From an uncultured archaeon (GTDB taxonomy: Archaea; Asgardarchaeota; Thorarchaeia; Thorarchaeales; Thorarchaeaceae): DNA of 32,000 bases. This document shows, piece by piece, positions 25,768 through 32,000 of this stretch. Every line of letters starts with the position of its first letter. The first letter of the stretch is position 1. Position numbers and translations under genes: made by a program. The stretch is taken from the NCBI GenBank assembly GCA_964648855.1, contig CAZYLT010000004.1, positions 49,532-81,531 on the forward strand, in the 5' to 3' direction. Below the pieces are notes generated by a model, which was not told where the DNA came from, made no database searches, and saw only the letters and a program-made list of their open reading frames with translations.

Positions 25768-26592
25768 ATGCCCAAATATGCTTGCAAGCTCTTCTATTTA
25801 GGAACTGCCTACCATGGTTCACAATACCAACCAAATCTACCTACAATTCAAGGGGAGCTGATAAATGCTCTAACTAAATGGAGTGGTCGCGAGTACTCTT
25901 CAACATCGGTAGCATTCGCAGGACGCACAGACAAAGGAGTTCATAGCATTGGTCAACTGGTTTCTTTCGAAACCGAAGATAAAATACAAATCAATCAAAT
26001 CAATAAACACTTGCCAGAAGATATTATCCTATGGGCTGAAACTGTAGTTCCTATGGATTTCAATCCTAGACATAGGGTTCTATTTCGGCACTACCGATAT
26101 TATTTTGATGAAAGCCAAAGCCAAGTTGACTTCTCAAGAATCATGCATGCCGCTAATCAGTTGGAGGGGCTTCATGACTTTCAGCTCCTGTCAAAACCAG
26201 ATGACAATAGGTCTACTAACACCATTCTTCTGAATGTATGTATATCAGATGAAAAGACATTCTTTGCAGATTTTTATGGTCTTAGTTTTCTATGGAAACT
26301 TGTACGAAAGAGTGTCACTCTGCTTGTCAATATTGGAAAAGGGAAGGCTGACCCAGATATATTTAGACGACTACTTGACGGAAATAATGTTCTCCCAAGC
26401 GGAATTGAACCCGCCCCTCCCGAAAACCTGTTTCTTATGGATGCTGCCATTCCACTTCAAATGAAGGCGAACAAAAATGTAATCAATATCATTAGAAAAA
26501 GATTGAAGAAATGGATTTCACATTTTCGACGTTATCAGATAACACTTGAAGGAGTATTTACTGACTGTTTCAACGAAGAATTCCTTTGCTGA
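25768..26592 (+). CDS. truA: tRNA pseudouridine(38-40) synthase
   Basis: Y.G..Y.G.QYQP...TIQ, AGRTDKGVHS.GQ, R.YRY, G.HDF, FLWKLVRK. Confidence 0.95.
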   Translation: MPKYACKLFYLGTAYHGSQYQPNLPTIQGELINALTKWSGREYSSTSVAFAGRTDKGVHSIGQLVSFETEDKIQINQINKHLPEDIILWAETVVPMDFNPRHRVLFRHYRYYFDESQSQVDFSRIMHAANQLEGLHDFQLLSKPDDNRSTNTILLNVCISDEKTFFADFYGLSFLWKLVRKSVTLLVNIGKGKADPDIFRRLLDGNNVLPSGIEPAPPENLFLMDAAIPLQMKANKNVINIIRKRLKKWISHFRRYQITLEGVFTDCFNEEFLC

Positions 26593-27769
26593 CTTTCAGC
26601 CACTCACTGTATTGACTTTTCAAGTCCGGCTTGTTCTTTAGAATTTCTTCCAGAGCCCATAGATGCGTTTCTTGTACTCGTTCTTCAGAGGTATTTGTAA
26701 TTGCAGCTACTCTTGATGCCAATTCAGCCCTCTCAGACTGTCGTCTGTTCCCTCCCCATACCAGCAATGGCCATTCTGGTCTAGCGTAATCGACCAACGA
26801 AAAGGGAGTTTGTTTCCGGCTGTTTGATACGCCTGCTGAAAGAAAATCGTAGACATAAGCCAGCAACTTCCAATTCTGATCTCGCATAATTCTCCCCAGA
26901 TAAAGGTCAGCAAGTGATAAAGCCTCAAAACCATCCTCCAGCTCGCTAGCGGTTTTCAAGTGGAGCTGTATGTTTTCTTCAATCCAAAGGAGTAAGTCAT
27001 CATAAGAAACGTCACTCTGAGAAACTACACTTCTTGCTGCTTGTGGGTCCGTTGCCATGAATAATCTCTGTAGAGTTTCTTCCACATTTCTTCTTGTAGT
27101 ACGGTTTCCTAAAGCTGATCTCGCCTCAATGTCATCGTAGGTCGTTTCCAGATCGGCTATCGCCGCACGAAGGTCTCCCGCAGATTTTGCAACAATTATA
27201 TCCAACAAGTCTTCAGAGGTAGAGGCCGAATGTTGATCGGATATACCCTTCAATACGGTCATCATCTCATCATCGTTTATTGGATGAAACATCAGCACCA
27301 ATGACTTCTTCTTTAAATTCTTTAAACGACGATTATCGGGGTCATTAGCTGTCATTACAATAGGGTGGACAGCTTGGTCTAGTATTTTCATGATTGCTCG
27401 AACTCCGCCCCTATCGCTAGTTCCAGATAATCCATCTACCTCATCAAGAAGAATAATGCGCATCCTCCCGTCTAGTGTCTGCTGAGTGGCAGCCCTCCAC
27501 ACAAGTGTGTTAATTGCGCCCTTGTTCCTTTTATCACTAGCATTGAATTCCACTAATTCCACATTCATGTCACGTGATATAGCTCCAATCGTTGCCGTCT
27601 TGCCGGTTCCTGGAGGGCCAATCAAAAGTGCAGCCTTGTTGTGAGGCACAGAAACTCTCCATTTTTCTAGCCATCGCATCAGCTTTTCTATTGATTCTAT
27701 ATTACCTACAAGCTGGCTTCTGCTGGTCGGCCTATGCAATTCTGGCCATGGCAAGTTGCTTTCCTTCAT
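26570..27769 (-). CDS. rfcL: Replication factor C large subunit
   Basis: W.E.HRP, GPPGTGKT, E.NASD.R, LLDEVDG, TAND, GDLRAAI.DL. Confidence 0.95.
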   Translation of the reverse strand: MKESNLPWPELHRPTSRSQLVGNIESIEKLMRWLEKWRVSVPHNKAALLIGPPGTGKTATIGAISRDMNVELVEFNASDKRNKGAINTLVWRAATQQTLDGRMRIILLDEVDGLSGTSDRGGVRAIMKILDQAVHPIVMTANDPDNRRLKNLKKKSLVLMFHPINDDEMMTVLKGISDQHSASTSEDLLDIIVAKSAGDLRAAIADLETTYDDIEARSALGNRTTRRNVEETLQRLFMATDPQAARSVVSQSDVSYDDLLLWIEENIQLHLKTASELEDGFEALSLADLYLGRIMRDQNWKLLAYVYDFLSAGVSNSRKQTPFSLVDYARPEWPLLVWGGNRRQSERAELASRVAAITNTSEERVQETHLWALEEILKNKPDLKSQYSEWLKVSKGILR

Positions 27770-27775
27770 TATTCA

Positions 27776-28720
27776 TTATCCACCAAATGTAGAGAGAAGT
27801 GCAGAGATTTGTATCTCACCATTAGCCCCCTCTGCAATCCGGAACTCGGTATCTGCGGTATGCTCTAGTATCTTCATTTTGAGATTATTCTCCAAATCGA
27901 GTTTGAAAATCTCCCTGTGTATCTGTTTGATCAAGTCCAATGGCGAGACTCCCTCGTGATAAATCAATTCTCTGAGATTCATAATTGCGGCATTATAGTT
28001 TCCCTCTGTTGCAGAACCTAACATTTGACCGATACTTTTTGGATCTGCTCTTCCCGAAATCGCAAATACAATATCCGCGGTTACCAATTCTCCAGTAGAA
28101 GACGCAGCCTGCAATATGTTAATAGCGGCCCTCATATCCCCGTTTGCTAGGTACAAAATTGCATTTTCACCCTCCTCATCCATAGATACATTCTCTTTCT
28201 CCGCAATGTAACGTAGCCTATCGGCTATATCATCATCGGAGAGTCGTGAGAATTTGAATACTGCACATCTTGATTGAATGGGCGGAATTATCCTACTTGC
28301 GTAATTGCAAATCAAAATCATACGACAAGAGGTGGCATACGATTCCATGGTCCGTCTTAATGCATGCTGCGCATCACTCGTGAGATGATCTGCTTCATCC
28401 AGTACAAGAATCTTGAATGGTGCATTTCCTGCTGGCAAGGAGCGCGCAAAATTCTTGATTTGATTTCTGACTACATTAATCCCCCTTTCGTCACTGGCAT
28501 TAAGTTCCATGAAATTTCGATTAAATGAATCTCCAAACAAATCCCTTGCTAGAGCCATAGCCGCCGTAGTCTTTGCTGTCCCAGGTGGACCTGCAAAGAG
28601 ACAATGCGGCACAGCCTCTCTCTCCACAAATTTTTCCAATCGGTTCACAACGGAATCTTGTCCGACAATATCGCCTAACGTAGCGGGTCGGTGTTTTTCT
28701 GTCCATAAGTCTATTTCCAT
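27776..28720 (-). CDS. rfcS: Replication factor C small subunit
   Basis: WTEKHRP, GPPGTAKT, ELNASDERG, LDEAD.LT.DAQ.ALRR, IQSRC. Confidence 0.97.
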   Translation of the reverse strand: MEIDLWTEKHRPATLGDIVGQDSVVNRLEKFVEREAVPHCLFAGPPGTAKTTAAMALARDLFGDSFNRNFMELNASDERGINVVRNQIKNFARSLPAGNAPFKILVLDEADHLTSDAQHALRRTMESYATSCRMILICNYASRIIPPIQSRCAVFKFSRLSDDDIADRLRYIAEKENVSMDEEGENAILYLANGDMRAAINILQAASSTGELVTADIVFAISGRADPKSIGQMLGSATEGNYNAAIMNLRELIYHEGVSPLDLIKQIHREIFKLDLENNLKMKILEHTADTEFRIAEGANGEIQISALLSTFGG

Positions 28721-28903
28721 TCACAAATCCCATCCAGTTGGATATTTCATCTCGGTTCATCTTCACGTACATGGAGGCCTTAAAAGCTTCTTCGAATATA
28801 TGAAAAGAACTATCCAATATGAGTTCCACTCACATGTATCTAGTAATCCAACAAGGAGTTTATGAAGTACACTGCTGGACTATCAAATATCTGGTGAAGG
28901 GTC

Positions 28904-29464
28904 ATGATAGAGATTAGAGAACACACCTCCGATATCGTAAGACGTTCAGACATGGCTTTTCTAAATTCTTATCGGCAGTGTATCGTCAAACAAGATATGT
29001 CTGAAATCACCGTTGGTGGCAAAAAGTTTGGGCCTTTTAAGGCAGGCTCCAAGGTTCATCTTCCGAATTGGGTTATTGAAAATTTGGTTGATAGAGATAT
29101 TGCTGAGATATCACAAGAGGATGATTACGATTCTCTACGCCATCTCCAAAACATCTATCGACTAGAAGAGGACCATCCACATCGGATTCAAGAATTCCAT
29201 CCTCTTCTCTATTCCGCCCTAAGAAGAAATCTCCTCAAACTCCAACAAGATAGAACCTCCATCGACCCAAGAATCCGTGAAGAAATTAAAAAGATGCAAC
29301 GAATGATTCCTTTGATTGTGGAAACTCGCCTTTCAAAAATACTCCGGGTTGCGAAATCAGGAGCTTATCAGGATAAGAGAAAAGGCATGACTTTGGAAGA
29401 GAGGTGGCTATGTGAAGAGATGATCACTCTGCTCTCCTCCTGGCGTGCAGAAATAACAGAATAG
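28904..29464 (+). CDS. GINS complex subunit, Gins23-type
   Basis: N-terminal beta domain (GPFKAG..V.LP.W....L) followed by a helical domain with RL.KI and MT.EE; directly upstream of mcm. Confidence 0.85.
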   Translation: MIEIREHTSDIVRRSDMAFLNSYRQCIVKQDMSEITVGGKKFGPFKAGSKVHLPNWVIENLVDRDIAEISQEDDYDSLRHLQNIYRLEEDHPHRIQEFHPLLYSALRRNLLKLQQDRTSIDPRIREEIKKMQRMIPLIVETRLSKILRVAKSGAYQDKRKGMTLEERWLCEEMITLLSSWRAEITE

Positions 29465-29732
29465 TAGATCTCTAAAGACTAAAGGCACAATTTACCAATT
29501 ACTTTTCCTGACAATAAGGGACTAAAGTCCGCAAATAGAAGAGGTATCTTCAGACAATGGAGGGGCGTCTTCTTTACATACGTAAAATGAATTTGGATGC
29601 CGTTTATTTAGCTAGAAATGGGAAAGTATGAATACAGTAGCTTAAATACAACTCCAAGAAATCATTAAGTAGAACTCGGGGCAGATACTCAACCGATTTC
29701 GAGTTGCATTCAATATCTGAGGCAGGCATTTG

Positions 29733-31805
29733 ATGTCAGAATACGAAATAGGACCACAGGAAAGATTTGAGGAGTTTCTTAAATCCTATAAAGATGAACA
29801 AGGAAACGCCTTGTATTGGACTAGAATACAACAGATGTCCATTAATGAGGAAACCTCAATTAATGTTGATTTTCAGGACCTAGCTAGTTTCGACAATGTC
29901 TTCTTAGCTCTTTCCAAAGAGGATCCAATTACTTTTCTGAAAATGGCTGATGACGCATTGCGTTCTCTTCTCAGAACGGATGACCCTGATTATTTGGCTG
30001 GAATTGACGAGGGCTTAATAAGAATCAGAATTGTCAACTATCCCGAACACGTTTCATTACGTTCCATTCGCTCTCGACATATAGGAAAACTCATACACAT
30101 CAGTGGTATTATGATGCGAGCCAGTGAGGTCAAGCCTCTACTGGTTCATGCAACCTTTCGCTGTAGGAGATGCGGTGAGGAAGTTTCATTATCCCAAGAA
30201 GATGGAAGATACATAGAACCTGATCAATGTCCTGTCTGTGGGAAAAAGACTCCAGTAAGATTGGTTCCAGAAAAGTCACAATTCCGTGACTGGCAGAAAG
30301 TACGAATACAAGAGTCTCCCGAAGAATTGCCCCCTGGTCAAATGCCACGGTCCGTTGATGTTATCCTAGAAGGAGACATTGTTGATATTTCTCGACCTGG
30401 TGACCTTGTCAAAATTACTGGTATTCTCATGACCGCCCCTGACTTCTCAAGGAGAAGAGGCAGATTGGCGACGTTTAGCGTTTTCATTGAAGCTAATGGG
30501 GTTGAAATAGCAGAAAAAGAATATGAGCAATTGGAATTATCCGAACATGACGAAAAGCAAATTCAGGAACTTGCAGAAGATCCTTACGTACACGAACGAA
30601 TTGTTGCATCTATTGCACCCTCCATCAAGGGTCATGATGATATAAAGGAGTCAATTGCTTTGCTCCTCTTTGGGGGAGTAGCAAAAACACTTCCAGACGG
30701 CACACGATTGAGAGGCAAATCCAATATTCTAATGATTGGAGACCCAGGCACCGGAAAGAGCCAGATATTGAAGTTTGTTTCAAAATTGGCATCTAGAAGT
30801 CTTTACACATCCGGTAAGGGTACGACAGCGGCAGGATTGACTGCAGCAGTTGTTCATGATACAGATAGCGGCGCTATGACATTGGAGGCCGGAGCATTGG
30901 TTCTTGCCGACCAAGGAATCGCATGTATCGATGAATTTGACAAGATGGATCCAAACGATCGAACAGCCATTCATGAAGCAATGGAGCAGCATACCGTGAG
31001 CATTGCAAAAGCAGGTATTGTGGCAACATTAAATGCAAGAACATCCATCCTTGCCGCTGCAAACCCCAGTCTGGGTCGATATGAACCATCTGCATCAGTT
31101 CAGGATAACATAAAGCTGCCATTCACTATTCTTTCTCGATTCGACTTGATGTGGATACTTGTTGATACAGTTGAGGCAACAAAGGATCGTGAACTCGCTC
31201 AATTCATATTAGGGATGCATAGAATGAAGCGGAGCGAAACGGACACCAAGACTCCTCCAATACCACCAAGTTTCTTGAAGAAATACATTGGATACGCTCA
31301 TAGGTATGTGCTCCCGCAGCTTACAGTAGAAGCTGCTGAAGTCATAGAGAATTTCTATGTAGACCTTAGAAAGACGGCCGAAGGGGGTGCAGCTCCCGTT
31401 CCTATTACGGCTCGCCAGTTGGAGGCACTTGTTCGTCTTTCAGAGGCAAGAGCTCGAATGGCGTTGAGGTCTAAGGTAAGCAAAGAGGATGCCCAAGCCT
31501 CCGTGAGACTCATGGAAGAATCCCTGAAAATGGTTGCACTTGACCGTATCACAGGAAAAATCGATATAGACCGAATGGTATCTAAGATGAGTGCAGCACA
31601 AAGGAGTTCATCCGATACTATATTGAAGGTAATGAGAGATATGGAGTCGGAGGGCATATCTACTATCAGTGAAGAGGAATTAATCCGACGCGTAGAGCCT
31701 ATGGGTCTCTCAAAGGAAAGGGCAGAAGAAGTAATCAGGAAACTTGTCGCAGAGGGGATCTTGTTTAGTCCCAAACATGGTAAGTTAAAACGGGCCCAAA
31801 GTTAA
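29733..31805 (+). CDS. mcm: MCM replicative helicase (no intein)
   Basis: C4 zinc finger, QESPE..P.GQ.PR, GDPGTGKS, IDEFDKM, HEAMEQ, LSRFD, ITARQLE, C-terminal wHTH. Confidence 0.98.
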   Translation: MSEYEIGPQERFEEFLKSYKDEQGNALYWTRIQQMSINEETSINVDFQDLASFDNVFLALSKEDPITFLKMADDALRSLLRTDDPDYLAGIDEGLIRIRIVNYPEHVSLRSIRSRHIGKLIHISGIMMRASEVKPLLVHATFRCRRCGEEVSLSQEDGRYIEPDQCPVCGKKTPVRLVPEKSQFRDWQKVRIQESPEELPPGQMPRSVDVILEGDIVDISRPGDLVKITGILMTAPDFSRRRGRLATFSVFIEANGVEIAEKEYEQLELSEHDEKQIQELAEDPYVHERIVASIAPSIKGHDDIKESIALLLFGGVAKTLPDGTRLRGKSNILMIGDPGTGKSQILKFVSKLASRSLYTSGKGTTAAGLTAAVVHDTDSGAMTLEAGALVLADQGIACIDEFDKMDPNDRTAIHEAMEQHTVSIAKAGIVATLNARTSILAAANPSLGRYEPSASVQDNIKLPFTILSRFDLMWILVDTVEATKDRELAQFILGMHRMKRSETDTKTPPIPPSFLKKYIGYAHRYVLPQLTVEAAEVIENFYVDLRKTAEGGAAPVPITARQLEALVRLSEARARMALRSKVSKEDAQASVRLMEESLKMVALDRITGKIDIDRMVSKMSAAQRSSSDTILKVMRDMESEGISTISEEELIRRVEPMGLSKERAEEVIRKLVAEGILFSPKHGKLKRAQS

Positions 31806-31820
31806 AACTCGCGCTCTTTC

Positions 31821-32000
31821 ATGGGGTTGAAAGAAACGAATATAGATGAGCTACCAATCAATCAAAGAGTTATTGATCTAGTCAAAGGTAGGGGAATAGT
31901 CAAACTTTTTCCCCCTCAAGAAATGGCATTCAATACAAAGCTACTCAAGGGAGGAAATCTTGTTCTCGCATTCCCAACTAGCTCAGGTAAGACATTAGTG
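31821..32000 (+). CDS. hel308: Hel308/Ski2-like SF2 helicase, N-terminal fragment (runs off the window)
   Basis: Manual translation MGLKETNIDELP...GIVKLFPPQ...GGNLVLAFPTSSGKTLV (Q motif and Walker A). Confidence 0.88.
   Translation, partial: MGLKETNIDELPINQRVIDLVKGRGIVKLFPPQEMAFNTKLLKGGNLVLAFPTSSGKTLV

Noticed and set aside
29465-29729. Possible RNA or ORB in the gins-mcm spacer (TAGAAATGGG, weak hairpins)
   Set aside because: Only short matches expected by chance; no full motif or convincing structure.
451-31774. Numerous short antisense or alternate-frame ORFs inside the long genes
   Set aside because: Shadow ORFs of well-supported genes, with no recognisable motifs.

Overview
Archaeal chromosomal window, most likely Asgard (Thorarchaeia-like). 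The taxonomy is inferred from Rpo8, a divergent TFB, Gins23-MCM-Hel308 synteny and eukaryote-like LKR/SDH; it was not checked by search. The left end has two ORB-bearing intergenic regions (about 100-400 and 4133-4643) that share an identical inverted 20-bp origin recognition box, each with its own extra repeats. Between them lie a Cas2/VapD-like small gene, a split AASS-like LKR + SDH pair and a winged-helix protein. The middle holds a nucleotidyltransferase, a SufS paralogue lacking the PLP lysine, glmS, rps10, ipk, a large membrane HerA/VirB4-like ATPase, a VirB2-like small membrane protein, two Ig-repeat surface proteins, a Flp-like pilin with a TadA ATPase, a TFB paralogue and rpo8. There are two tRNA genes with non-canonical BHB introns (Glu-CUC at 10/11, Gly-CCC at 53/54) and a box C/D sRNA whose D guide predicts Cm34 of tRNA-Leu(CAA). 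The right end is a replication cluster: cdc6/orc1, wHTH, truA, rfcL, rfcS, gins, mcm and a partial hel308. No CRISPR array, transposase or integrase was seen. All protein calls come from motif recognition by eye.
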